Shown here: in pieces, positions 11,705-25,101 of the stretch | Numbering within the stretch: position 1 is the first letter of the stretch | Layout: every line of letters begins with the position of its first letter | DNA from: Octopus bimaculoides | Lineage: Eukaryota | Length of the DNA stretch: 50,267 nucleotides | Reading direction: 5' to 3' | NCBI RefSeq assembly: GCF_001194135.2 | Contig: NC_068982.1 | Location: 34,771,407 to 34,821,673 of the forward strand | The notes under the pieces: generated by a model | Seen by the model: the letters and a program-made list of their open reading frames with translations, nothing else | What the model was told of the DNA's origin: nothing | Databases searched by the model: none | Translations under genes and position numbers: made by a program

Positions 11705-13200
11705 CAAGTTATAATCATAAACAGTCCGTCGATAGTCAACGGTGACAGACCATATGAAGCGCTATGACTATCAGAAGGGAATCCATCTCCAACACTGTTT
11801 TTTCTGTTCCCAGCTGTTGTGGTCCGGCTGTGAGTATCATCGTTTAGTCTCCTCATGCTGCGTTTACCTACATCTTTGTATCTCAGTTGGGGGCAGGGTC
11901 TGTCTTTATTTCTCATACCACTAGACAACTGTGGATAGAGTATTTATCTTTTAGTAACCGAGTTTCCTCCATTCATGAGCCATGTCCAAGCCAGCAGAGA
12001 TTTTGTTCGTTAAATAGAGTCAGGGCTTGGCTGATAAAGAACTTCATTCTTCCGAATAATAATCTTCAAATCGAACTTTACTACTGCACTGTTGAATGCA
12101 TTCACCACGTTCTGCATGTCTTCAATGATATAAGAGCATAATTTACAGTAATTCTGTTGCCGAAGCCTTAGCTCTGTGATGCGTCATCTAAAGTAGATTA
12201 GATCCAGATCTTGTCACTATGTGTACACTTTCAGTTGAGGCGCAGACAAACGCTTTGGACATCACTGGTAAACATATAGAGAATAACATTTGTAACAGCG
12301 GGTAGCCCTGTTGAATTCCACAGTAACATCAACCTGTGTGCAGATCTGAATTTCACTTGTATAACTTGAGCCTTCATGCTAGTGTACAAAGACTTCATCG
12401 TACGCGAGGATGTTTCTGGAGATCTGAACTTTCTGAGAACATGCTACAAGCCCGACCTGCTTACTATGTCAAATGTGTTTGTGAAATCATTGAAGACTAC
12501 TTAGAATGTCTTTTTCTGTTCCACTCATTTATCCAGAATATGTTGAAAACAGACCATTGCATTGATGGGGCTTTTCCTTTTCTGAATTCACACCAAGTTT
12601 CAGGTAGAATCTCAACTGTAATTTTTCTCATTCAGCCCAATGAAATCTTAATCAGAAGTTTCTTAAGGGGTTCTTTCCGAATATATGAGGTAGAGAAATC
12701 CCTCGATAGTTTACGAATTCATCCTTATCACTCTTTTTGAACATAGAGACAGTGTTACTATCTTTTCAATTCGATAGAATACCACCAGCCTTTTATGGCC
12801 AAGTTTCACCTAGGAGAGACATCTAATGATCTTGCTCCCCTATATATTCTGAACTGCTTTCGGAATCACGTCTACAACTGGCACCAATTCAAGTGACTTG
12901 TGCTTCAGCTCAGAAAAAAAGAGACTAATAATTATGGAAAAACTATATTATTTAAATCACTCCTCTTTTCCCGAATGGAGAAAGCGCGCTCTGTCTATTT
13001 TTCTCATTCTATTTGTTTAGCTGATAATTAGGCACCCTTCGTAATGGGAACTTTTGGTTGACGATACAAAACCAACTCCATAATCGATAGCTTACAGTTC
13101 TTGCTGAAAGTTTACTGAAGCTTAAACTCAAGATGGGCTCCATCATGGAGTCCATCTTACTGTAAAATTCTGTAAACATATCACCAGAAGTACCCAAAGG
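11705..13200 (-). mobile_element. RTE (BovB-like) LINE, 5'-truncated and decayed
   Basis: Frameshifted RT motifs in order: GDMFTEFY, ILPETWCEFRKG, VVFNDFTNTFDIV, GIQQGYPL, LDDA (YADD equivalent), then RPCPQLRYKDVGKRSM near the 3' end. Confidence 0.82.
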
Positions 13201-14547
13201 AGCTAAATGTCAAGGGAGAAATGTAAAAAGAAAATACAAATTTCCAATTAGAAATTAATAACACTCTACATTTTGTTCATTCTTGAATTACTCACGAACA
13301 AATTTGTTTGACTTTCTTCATGATTAGATTTGACTTTCCAGTATTTAACTTAATAAATTTCTTTGCGAGCGATCAAAATCCTTCCCCCAGGAATTCCTTC
13401 CATTTACTGCAGTAATAAACAAAATCGTCTCTAACCGCGCCCTCCCAAACAAGTCATCGTTACTTCATCATCGTAGTTTCACAATGGTGAAGTGTCAAAG
13501 CCATTAAATCTTTCAGCTAATAGGCAAATCTTTTTATTCAACCTACTCCCTATTCTAACTGACCTAATGAACTGTGTAACACATAGAATAAGTGTTAAAT
13601 GACTTGATAACTGGCTAGTAGATACGATGGAAGCCGAGCAAAGTTTCTTTAATCCTTAAAACGTCGCTGGAAGGTAATGACAAACCAACTACGTGCTTTG
13701 ACACAATTGAAAGGAAGGAAAGAAATCTCAGTGGAGCCAACCATAAGTTACTATGAGTGGAGGGGTGGGGGAATTGATAAAGAAGACGGAATGCAAAAGA
13801 TGAACAAGTTCCAGTTGAATTCTTTTTATTTGTTATTAAATTGAAATAATATTTGTTTGTTTCACATTGTTGAGCATTCTAGAGCAAGGGAAAAAAATCT
13901 TTCGGCCAGTTGATCTGCTGCAATACTTTCAATATCTGCTCGAAACCATTTGACCTCACTTTCACCGTTCATGGTCTTGAGAAAAATAGAATGTCACGGT
14001 ATTAACCCACCATGCACACTTTAACATTACTATATAAGGATTTCATGCCCCATAAAAACGAAAACAAATATTTCTTCAACTAAATCAGTTATTTGTTAAA
14101 ATGGACATTTCTATAACTGTCTGTGTATCATACTTAATGTATACAGATCGTTGATAGACCAATTACTGGGATATTTGTCCCGAGATAACATCTCAGATAG
14201 ATGTGCTGTGCTTAAAAACGCAATAAATATCGAAGAGAGACCAAAATTCACCCCAGCAGTTGTCAGCGAGAACGCCAGATGCATTTCGACCTTTCTTGGT
14301 TCTCCGCAATGACATGTAATCGCAATCAAAAACATAATTATGTTCCTCGTAGCCTTTCAATTGGAATCCTTTTTTGGTTTTAATTTACATAGAAATTTAG
14401 TTTGGTGCGAATAGCAAAGACAATATAACAGCAAACTGTAAACCCTGCTATAACTATTTCAGCTACTCCACTTATTGAGTCGAAAATTATCCAGCTTTAC
14501 TTTGCCTTTAATTTCTTGAAAATGGATAATATAGACTTTCATAACGG

Positions 14548-15362
14548 TTTCAAACTTTGGATCAAGGCCAGCAATTGGAGAAGTAGTCAATTACATCGAT
14601 CGCAGTACTTGTTTGATTCTTTGTTTTATCGAGTCTAAAAGGCTGAAAGAAAAATCCGACCTCGGCGGAATTTGAACACAAAATGCAAAGACCTGGAAGA
14701 GATGCCGCTAAGCTTTTTTTCTCTAACACGTTAACAATTTTAATATTGATTTCAAATTTTGGCACGAGGCCAACAATTTCAGGGAGAGCGTAAGTCGATT
14801 ACATCGACCGCAGTACTGCTGATACTTCTTTTATCGACCCCGAAAGGATGAAAGGCAAAGTCGACCTCGGCGGAATTTGAACTCAGAACGTAAAAACAGA
14901 TGAAATGTGTGCTAACAATTCTCTTCTACTCTAGGCACAAGGCTCAAAATTTTGAGGGATGGGCCAGTCGATTAGGTCGACCCCAGTACATAACTGCTAT
15001 TTAATTTATCAACCCCGAGAGGATGAAAGGCAAAGTCGACATTAGTGGACTTTGAACTCAGAACATAAAGACAGACGAAATACCGCTAAGCATTTCGCCC
15101 GGCGTGCTAACGTTTCTGCCAGCTCGCCACCCTAATTTTGTTATTTAATATTATTTAATAACCTGGCAGGGCGAGCTGACACAATCATTAGCACACTAGG
15201 TTGAATGCTTAGCGGCCTTTCGTACGTCTTCACGTTCTGAGTTAAAATTCCGCTGAGGCCAGCTTTGCCTTTCATCCTTGTGGGATCAATAAAATAAGTA
15301 CCAGTTGAGTACTGGAGTCGATGTAATCGACTTACCCCCTCCACCGAACTTGCTGGCCTTGT
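14548..15362. mobile_element. Cluster of four family B SINEs
   Basis: Minus copies at about 14548-14712, 14750-14921 and 14922-15132; plus copy at about 15165-15362. Each has the 'gaaaggatgaaaggcaaagtcgacctcggcggaatttgaactcagaac' core or its reverse complement. Confidence 0.88.
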
Positions 15363-15569
15363 GAAAACATATATGAAATCAATATTATTTAAAAACAAAA
15401 TATTTTAGGGTCAATTTAAATGAAATGAATGAGTCTCACCAAAGAAAGAACTTCTTAATGGTCGATCATTGTATATTCTCGATACGAAAACTAAACTTTC
15501 CTCAAACCATAAGCAACACATTCAAAAAGACACATGAAATAATCTTCCCTGAATTAGTACAGTATTTCT

Positions 15570-16060
15570 GAAAATAAGATATAATGGTATTAGATTGAAT
15601 ATCTTTGAACATAGGTGTGCTCGTTCAGGGCACTTGGCAGAACATACCAGTATTTTCTTAAGCTCATCGCTCCTTAGAGAGCATAGGCAATCGGCAAATT
15701 TTCTCCACTGCCCTCAACCAGGGCATTCTTTCAATATGGTGGTAGGAAGGCACTTTCTTGAGGAAAGACCTTTCTGTCCAAGGTTTTGTTGGTTTTGAAT
15801 TGCTATCGACGCTTCTGTACCTGTTTCTTTTTTCTCTCTCTCTTTTTATTTTTATCTTGCTAGGGCAGCTGCTTCTACGCAAACCCATCTTTTTTTTTTA
15901 CCTCAAGGAAGAAGTGGTTCATATTAACCTCACTGCTATCTCTTGACCTGTCCAGCATGGAAGGCCCAGTCAGGAGCTCACGGTCAACATTAATAGCTCT
16001 CAGGTTCATTGAGGTACACAAGCGTCGACATCGCACCAAGGACTAGACCTCGTGGCGGTA
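15570..16060. mobile_element. Possible decayed RTE-like LINE fragments
   Basis: Minus-strand KPWTERSFLKKV resembles the RTE IPWTxR motif; 'atagctctcaggttcattgaggtacacaagc' resembles RTE non-coding ends from memory. Confidence 0.3.
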
Positions 16061-16140
16061 GCATATACCTTGCTTTCACTAATTATTTTCGGGGTTTATG
16101 TGCTCAGGAATAACCAGGATGTGACAGCAAGAGAAGGAAA

Positions 16141-16153
16141 GGGAGAGAGAGAT

Positions 16154-16190
<37 letters not shown>

Positions 16191-16395
16191 GGGAGAGAGG
16201 AAGGGAAAAGAGAAAGAGAGAGAGAGAGACGTGTTGGGGTGGGGACTGTACCAGCAATCTACTCGGATGCTATAAATTGTCATCGGAGTGAAATGAAGCA
16301 ACGTAAATGGAGAGCTTTGCTCGAGGAGACAACGAACCACTTGGTCTTTGAGTCGAACGCACGATCTTTTGATCGAGAGACCAACATACTAACCA
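16141..16395. repeat. (AG)n tract plus minus-strand tRNA-like SINE head (about 16290-16395)
   Basis: AG tract at 16141-16230; minus strand reads 'ggctttatggttagtatgttggtctctcgatcaaaagatcgtgcgttcgactc' with A/B-box-like motifs. Confidence 0.6.
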
Positions 16396-17139
16396 TAAAG
16401 CCAAAACTAACTTATATTAAAGCTGGACATTAGAATTGTAGAATTTATTGAAACAAACAAAAGGAAGATAAAATCCGAATAATAAATTAAATATCATGAA
16501 ATAAACGTATTGGACAAATGAATATGTAGCAAACTCAAATTAAAATGGCTATAAATTATCGTGAAAAAAAAACGATGTAAAAATAAACTATATAATACAA
16601 ATAAAATAAAATAAATGTGGACGAAAGGAGACACTTCAAAAATAACTGTGTTAAATGTCCAGTATTTGTTCATTTTGTATTTATATACACACACACATAC
16701 ATACATGTACACACGTATATGTTTGCATATGTGTGTCTGTGTGTGTGTTTGTGTGTATGTGTGTGTGTACGGGTCTTGAAAACCCATTTATCTGCTTCTT
16801 TTCTTTCATATGACTGCTACTGCAATGCAGAAATAGCTATATACTGCAAAGGTATTGTTGCGCAACAATCAATAAGCATCCAGATGACAATATCATGTGA
16901 TTCTGAATTAGAAATAAGTGCAGTCTGTCGTGTGTTAACAACGTTTCCTTTTAAAAACATGTCTAGTTTTAACGACTTTATTAATAGAAGCATCACGTTA
17001 TATAACTTCTTTGAAACGGACGGAAAATAACAATTGCTTTCTAACCCCAAAGTCTAATTTTGTTATGAATGAATATCGTTTATGGTTACATAGCAGTGAC
17101 TTAGTTGAATATCGTTTGAGGTGTTGAAACAATTGCCTT

Positions 17140-17897
17140 CAGCGACGATCTAACAGTTGTTAAGTACGCTGAACAAAATGCTTAGTAGCTTATCTTTCGC
17201 CCTTTCACGTTCTGAGTTTAAATGCAACCGAAGTCAATTTTGCATTTCATCTGTTCAGGATCGACAAAATAAATACCAGCTGAGCACAAGGTCAAGGATA
17301 TTCTTTCTAATTTTGGCACAAGACCAGTAGTTTTGAAGGGCGGAAGCAAGTTGATTTCATCGACTCCAGTACTTGACTGTTATTTTTTTTATCGATCCTG
17401 AAAGGAGGAACAGCAAAGTTGACCTCGTCAGGAACTGAACAGATATTACAAAGCACTCTGTCCGACGCCCCAACAATTCAGCTAGTTCATCTCCTTCAGC
17501 TCAATATTCATTCTACTATAGGAACAAAGCCTGAAGTTTTGGAGGGTAGAGGGCTAGTCGAATTCACCCACTTCAGTACTTGAATGGTACTTATTTTATC
17601 GATCCCAAAAGGATGAAAGTCAAAGTCGACCACGGTAGAATTTGAATTAAAGCTGTATAATAATCCTTCCTACTATAGGCACAAGGCCTGAAATTATTAT
17701 TATTTTTTTTGGGGGGGGGGGGGAGGACAGTCGATTACATCGACCCCAGTGTTTCACTGGTACTTAATTTATAGATCCCGAAAGGATGAAAGGCAAAGTC
17801 ACTCTCGACGGAATTTGAACTCAGAACGTGAAGACGGACGAAATACCGCTAAGAATTTCGTCCAGCATGCTAACGATTCTGCCAGCTCGCTGCCTTA
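17140..17897. mobile_element. Second cluster of four family B SINEs
   Basis: Plus copy at about 17140-17290; minus copies at about 17305-17500, 17511-17648 and 17665-17897, with the same core motifs. Confidence 0.82.
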
Positions 17898-19569
17898 AAG
17901 CCGCACAATAATAAATTACAGAAGTATGCATGCACACACGCACAGTACTCAACACGATGGCAATGATATAACGCAGGAACCTCTACGCTGTCGTTCCCTT
18001 CTACTAGAAACAGCAGCTACATTACACTATTCCCGAAAATAAGGTTGGATAGTCATAGCTTGCTTGTGTTTTGATGATAAGTTTACATACAATTATCATA
18101 GCGCTTATTGATACAATGCGTCGAGACAGGTCCTTGATTCATACAACCGAGAGCTGTTCTATTTTAAACATTATATCATATTAGAGCTATGACAGTTAAT
18201 GGTGTATCTTCTTGAGCACTCGATTTAATTATCTCTGTTATGTATTGTTCTCACTGTAGACGTTGAAAACATTGATATTCTAGTAACGTTGCTGATTTTT
18301 CACTCGCATCAAGCGTTTTCAAAACATAACCATTTTATGGCTTCCTTTCGTACTACTACCTTCAGTTCAATTTGATGGTACCGTGCATCTTAAATTGTTA
18401 GTAAATCCAACAGCGGTGGTGATAAACATTATCAACAGCAAATATCAAGTAAAAAACATATCACCAAAAAATAACTGTTTTGTGAGAGCAAAAAACAACA
18501 ACAACAAAAAAGATATCTTATTACTATGAGCTTAAAATGGCATTGAGGAGATGAAAAGGTAAAGGGGTGAGATAGGAGGAAGTACTGCCTGATTACAATT
18601 AGTTAAAAGTCTACCATTGTCTTCTATGGTCATTTCGCCTTTGCACATCTGATTTGAATCGTAAAACTTTACATTCTACTCTCTCTCACTTTCACATACG
18701 CATAACTTTGTGCTGAGTTATAACATATGTAGCTACAGACATTGCTATGATGCTGATACAAGTATTGTTCTTAGCAGTCGTTTATTCATAAGTTGCTGGG
18801 TTGTTATTTGTGGTGGTGTTAATTGCATTGGATTTGGTGTTGGTGATGATGGTGATGATGGTAAGGATATTGTTGATGATCGTGGTGCTCTTGTTAGTTG
18901 CATTGTTACAGCTGTCTAATTTCAAGTCAATTCTTATTGACCGAAGATCAAACGAGTATTGCAACTACTGCTACTACGAGCATAAATATGTCTAAGATTA
19001 CATTATCCAATGTACGACCCACCTTTTTATTATAGTAGATTTAGAATATGATTATTAGGCTGCTATTCTACGTAGGTCGATCTATCGTATAAAAGGAGCC
19101 TGTCTCGCTCTTCTCACTTGATGAACTTCTCACCTTTTAGAAACGGTATGTTTTCGCACTGGTTAAGGTCGAACTAGTTGTGGTATTAAGAATAAAGAAT
19201 AATAGATCAGATTTTGGTGCTCATGTTTATCTCTTGTTCTCCTCTGCTCAAAACAAATCTGATCAAATTAGCAAACTCATTCTAGCCGCGCTCATTCCGT
19301 CTTTCCAGATATAATTGATCTCAGACTACAGTTTTCTACCAATTTCTTTGCGAATGTCTATAAAGCACGATTTGAGACAGGCTTGCCTGCCAATCCTAGC
19401 AGATCGATCGACTGCATAGAGACCTCTCCACCCTCCGGTCGCTGCGGCTGCTGGTGATAATGGTATTCATGGCAATAGGCTACAGCCTTAATAACTAAAT
19501 GGTACTTACTGTTTCAGTATTGCAAAACAGAAGACCGCAGCAACAAAATAGTAGTTGCAGCAACAGCAT

Positions 19570-19959
19570 TCTTCTTCTTCTTCTTCTTCTTCTTCTTCTT
19601 CTTCTTCTTCTTCTTCTTCTTCTTCTTCTTCTTCTTCTTCTTCTTCTTCTTTTTCTTCTTCTTCTTCTTCTTCTTCTTCTTCTNNNNNNNNNNNNNNNNN
19701 NNNNNNNNNNNNNNNNNNNNNNNNNNNNNNNNNNNNNNNNNNNNNNNNNNNNNNNNNNNNNNNNNNNNNNNNNNNNNNNNNNNNNNNNNNNNNNNNNNNN
19801 NNNNNNNNNNNNNNNNNNNNNNNNNNNNNNNNNNNNNNNNNNNNNNNNNNNNNNNNNNNNNNNNNNNNNNNNNNNNNNNNNNNNNNNNNNNNNNNNNNNN
19901 NNNNNNNNNNNNNNNNNNNNNNNNNNNNNNNNNNNNNNNNNNNNNNNNNNNNNNNNNNN

Positions 19960-20021
<62 letters not shown>
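19570..20021. repeat. (CTT)n, gap 19684-19959, (CA)n
   Basis: Directly visible; source of the poly-E/K/R/S/L ORFs. Confidence 0.98.
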
Positions 20022-20027
<6 letters not shown>

Positions 20028-21250
20028 TTACACAAATATACACTCCCACGTTACAAGCATATATCTATGTGTGTATATATGTATCTAAGCATGTTGGATG
20101 TGTATGCATGTATACGTTCACGCAGTTAAAACATATATCACTGCTGTTGTAATTATTTTACAGTTTGATGTATTGCTCTCCTCATCGTAGTCACAGACAA
20201 CTTTGTCTGCATCAGCATTATGATTATGTCGCTATATTATTAATTTTGTGGTTGTCATAATGGTTCTTATTGCTTTTATTGTTAATCTTACTGTTACAGT
20301 TGATAGTGTTGCCGTTGACTTAGTGGCTGTTGCTTTTATTTTTGTGTGGGAGAGTTGTCCTTGCTATTGTGCCTGTTGTCATATTAGCCGTTTGCAGTTA
20401 ATAGGATTAATGCAATGCTTGATGAGTCATATGTTAGATAGGGTTTAGTTGTGATGTTTTCCACATTTTAAATTCAATCAGTTCCACATGCTAGCAACTT
20501 ATCTTTGAGTTAAATACTGTGAAATGCAAACGCTTTCGTCACATCTGCAGGATTAGCTGAATGCTTTCCCTCAGACTACAAGTGTTTAAAAAAAAAATGG
20601 ATGACACTTCCGGTTGGTGTCACTGTTTTCACTGTTTCCGTTCATTTAAAAATGTATCTATTTTCTAACTAAATTCGAACACACATGCAATTATACACAT
20701 TCACACATTATTGCCGAGTATATATATATACATATTGACATATGTATATTCGCTAATATACACAAAAGCCACACCCGTGTGTGCGTGTGTGTGTGTGTCT
20801 GTGTATGCGCGAATCGCGAATATACATATATATATATGTATATATATATTTATATATATACACACATACAGACGAATGTATATTCACGGATCTGCGAAAA
20901 AGCACTCGCCTATGTGTGTACGAATATATGTGTGTGTACGTATAAATATATGTGTATGTTTATATATATACAAGCACATATGTGTATATATGTTTATGTA
21001 TGTATGTATGTATGTATGTATGTATGCATGTATGTATGTGTGTGAGGATTATAGGCACAGCGGGCTTCCATTATACAAACAAGAGGTAACCGTAAAAGGT
21101 CCTTTATTTTCATCGGCTACAAGAATTTTATTTCGATTTGATTTATAAGGAAGTAACACAGCACAATATGCATATGCACGTACGCGTGTATGTATGTGTC
21201 TGTGTATGTGTGTGTGTGTGTGTTGTTTGTCTCTGTGTTTATGTGCATGA

Positions 21251-21456
21251 TTTCTACTGTAAGGCACAAGGCCTGAAATTTTGTGGCGAGAGGGCTAGTC
21301 GACCACATCGACCCCAGTGTTCAACTTGTACTTATTTTATCGTTCTTGAAAGGATGAAAGTTAATGTCGACCTCGGCAGAATTTGAAAAGAGAACGTAAA
21401 ACCGGAAGAAATGTCACTAAGCATTTTGTTCGGTGTGCTAACGATTCTGCCGCCTT
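21251..21456 (-). mobile_element. SINE family B
   Basis: 'aggcacaaggcctgaaatttt...gaaaggatgaaagttaatgtcgacctcggcagaatttgaa...ctaacgattctgccgcc'. Confidence 0.85.
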
Positions 21457-21758
21457 TCTATGTGTATGTAAATGATTGCTCAGCATATGGAAGCCCTGGA
21501 CTTTATTTTTCTGAAAATAGTTTAATACATTGGAAGTAAGAATTTTATTTTAAAGCTAATTAGAAGCATCACAAGTATTATAAGTTGGGCATGAAACATG
21601 TACAGAGACTATATATTGTAAGGCAGTTCAAATGAAAAAATTAAATGAGGATGTAATCGAATTAGAAATACTTGAAACCATACAGACAGATATAATATGT
21701 ATGATATACACGCAAATGGACCAAGAAAACACACACGTGTAGCTATATAATACAGTAC

Positions 21759-22083
21759 TGGCTCTCCGTCGGTTACGACGACGTGTGTTCCAGTTGATAC
21801 AATCAAGGGAAGTGCCAGATTTAAAATTACCGTGCAAGTGCCTGGGCACTCCACAAACACGCGTATCCTTAACGTAGATCTCAGAGAGGTTCAGTGTGAC
21901 AGAGTATGTAACAAGGCTGGTTCTTTGAATTACAGGTACAACTCATTTTTTGCTGGCTGAATGGATTGGAACAATGTGAAATAAAGTGTCTTGCTCAAGG
22001 ACACAGCGTACCGCTCGGATTCGAACTTATAACTTTACGATCGCAAGCTGAATACCCCTAACGACTAAGTCACGCGCCTTCAC
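21759..22083 (-). mobile_element. SINE family C-related (same older subfamily as 8736-9043)
   Basis: Tail 'tggctctccgtcggttacgacg...ttccagttgat', shared 'aaataaagtgtcttgctcaagg', and head ending 'cacgcgccttcac'. Confidence 0.85.
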
Positions 22084-22578
22084 AATACACATAATTACAA
22101 ATATACTAATGCGTCAACTACATGTATGTTATGTCATCCACCGAATTCATAATTATACGCATCTTATGCTGTGGTATGAATTCTTAATTAGGTTCAGTTA
22201 GTAGATGAGAGGAGTTTCGGTTGCTTTTCATATTATTACTTACTGCTATCTCCTGAGTTGCTTGTAATGTAAAAATTTATGTGAGCCAGTATTCCCAGAT
22301 CAATGAAGATTGTTGATATCTTAAAACAATTTATTGAAAATATAGTAATTGCATGTTACTGAATTTATTTTCAGGCCTGGTCAAGTACTACCGCTAATTC
22401 ATTCTATATTCACTTTGTCGTACACCAGTCCCGGATCAGCTTTGATCAAGACGAGATATCTAATATATNNNNNNNNNNNNNNNNNNNNNNNNNNNNNNNN
22501 NNNNNNNNNNNNNNNNNNNNNNNNNNNNNNNNNNNNNNNNNNNNNNNNNNNNNNNNNNNNNNNNNNNNNNNNNNNNNN

Positions 22579-22609
<31 letters not shown>

Positions 22610-23276
22610 CGTGTACAAGGAGACACATGTATTTGTGTGTTTTATGCTATAATAAAAACAAATTTACGTTAAATTGAAGGATTACTCAATATATTTGGTA
22701 GAGTACAAATTTATTATTCTTTGACAAGAATAGTATTAAAAGTAACTACTCGCATTGAGGAATATATATTCACATATATCAGCGTGTGTTTTCGTGTGAC
22801 TATATATTTGTGCATATTTGTAATATGATTTATGTTTTCGTGTTTACGCTGACTTTTAGTTATTAGACATAGCACCAACATAGATTGATCTAATCTAGGT
22901 GTCCTCTCTAGTTTTACTCTGATTTTTCTTATCTTTATTAAAAATATTACATGAATAAAAATCGCATAATGAAGGTATATGTTTTGCTTTTCTATCTTTT
23001 ATTTCCAGTCTTGTTACATCGCTAAAAACAAATTTTACCAAGAATTGCTGATATTCAAATGTAATACTGAAATCTGTATTTATTTATTTGTGCTTTTTCT
23101 TTCCAGCTTACCATTCCATATTACTTTATCGATGCAAACTGAGGAGCGAGACTTTACGGCGTCTCTCGACTTACCGACGTACACATTATCATTCGTTTAC
23201 TTTAAGACAACAACACAAGATCCACTCAAAGGTTTCTAAACTTGGCGGTTTCTGCTCTGAACTTAACGTTCTCTTT

Positions 23277-23749
23277 GGGCATAATTCTGGTTTAAGCACC
23301 CTATATAATCCTCATAACCTTTTTTATTGTTTGGAAATTTCAGAAAGTTTGTGCGAATTTGTGTTCTACACACGCCAATTCATATGATTATGAAACAAAA
23401 ATTTCAATCTTTCACTCCTCAGCTCCGCCCATAAATCCTAAAATTTCCCCTCTTTTTCCACTCTTTTCCCTTGCATGCATCAGCATTCCATTATAAATGT
23501 GTTTATGGGAGAGAAATATTGAAAAAACATTAATACATGTCAGAGTGCCAAAGAAACGAGGATGGTATCAGGTAGTCGTGAGATGGCTGAAAACAACTGC
23601 TAACTTGCCCTTAAATCGCACACAATTGTTTTTACGTAATTGTAGGAATTCCCGTGTGTAGAATACAAATGCGCAAAAATTTTCTGAAAATCTTAAAAAA
23701 TAAGCAAGTTATAAGGGGGTGTAAGGGGTGCTTAAACTTAATTCTGCCC
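23277..23749. mobile_element. Putative MITE with GGGCA...TGCCC termini
   Basis: Left 'gggcataattctggtttaagcaccc' versus right 'ggggtgcttaaacttaattctgccc'; imperfect inverted similarity extends about 45 bp. No clear TSD. Confidence 0.55.
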
Positions 23750-23974
23750 TTCTTTGCGGTCACAAGTCAAGGAAGCACTATGCGAGTGTCGTGGATATCG
23801 TTCTTCTTCTGACGAAGTCATTAAAACACGGAATGAGAAGATTGGTGCGGCTGTTAGGATGCTAACGGTTTGGCACGGCTGACGAGATACTGAACCTGTT
23901 TCGTTGACAGTATGTTTTGGCATTGGAGGCAAATATGCCCACACATGCACGAGAGTATGCACGTACAGACAGAG

Positions 23975-24110
<136 letters not shown>

Positions 24111-24537
24111 AAAAACAATAAAACGAGAGAAGCGTTGAAACGCCTGATATCAAGCAAGTCAGGGTCGAATTAGCTACGCCAAAACAAGACGGCGCCAAGA
24201 TGGCTGAAACAAGACGTCTCACACTTATTGAAACAATAGTAGCACATCTCCCAAAGTTCATACTGTACAATCTTAAACACAGAAGCAAAGTATTAGATGA
24301 TATCTGTAAAACTATGAATGACTCACAGCAATAGGGGCTTTGATCGAAATTGATCTGGGGATTCACATAATAATAAAACCAAAAATTTGCTGATACAAAG
24401 ATAAATGACTTCTTGTAAGAAAAAAAATACTCAGGGATAGAAAATCACTGTACATTAGCAAAATCAAAAGAAAATGTTTTGTAATGTAATAGGGATGTTG
24501 TAGATGTGTGGTACATATGTCCTTTCGTGTGTATAGG

Positions 24538-24916
<379 letters not shown>

Positions 24917-25018
24917 AATCGAAGTTGAAAATACACTGAGAATAGTTAACATATTTCTTATTAAAATATTTGAAGCTCTATATTTAAGAGATGAGGTATT
25001 ATGTACATAATTTACATT

Positions 25019-25101
25019 ATTTACATTTGACGGATATTTGTCCTCATCTTGTTTGTTGTTAACACAAACAAGATGAGGACAAATATCCGTTAAATGTAAA
25101 T
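25019..25101. repeat. Near-perfect inverted repeat (38-bp arms, 7-nt centre)
   Basis: Arms 25019-25056 'atttacatttgacggatatttgtcctcatcttgtttgt' and 25064-25101 differ at one position; the centre 'tgttaac' is itself almost palindromic. Confidence 0.95.

Noticed and set aside
14111-14335. Hydrophobic ORF resembling a transmembrane exon (with possible next exon near 13975)
   Set aside because: Splice phases are incompatible between the candidates and there is no recognisable family motif.
23088-23387. 99-aa ORF after a strong acceptor with vaguely zinc-finger-like spacing
   Set aside because: Lacks proper C2H2 ligands, overlaps the putative MITE, and other frames are similarly open.
23800-23915. 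Two CTGACGA motifs suggesting hammerheads
   Set aside because: Neither is followed by a same-strand GAAA with compatible stems.
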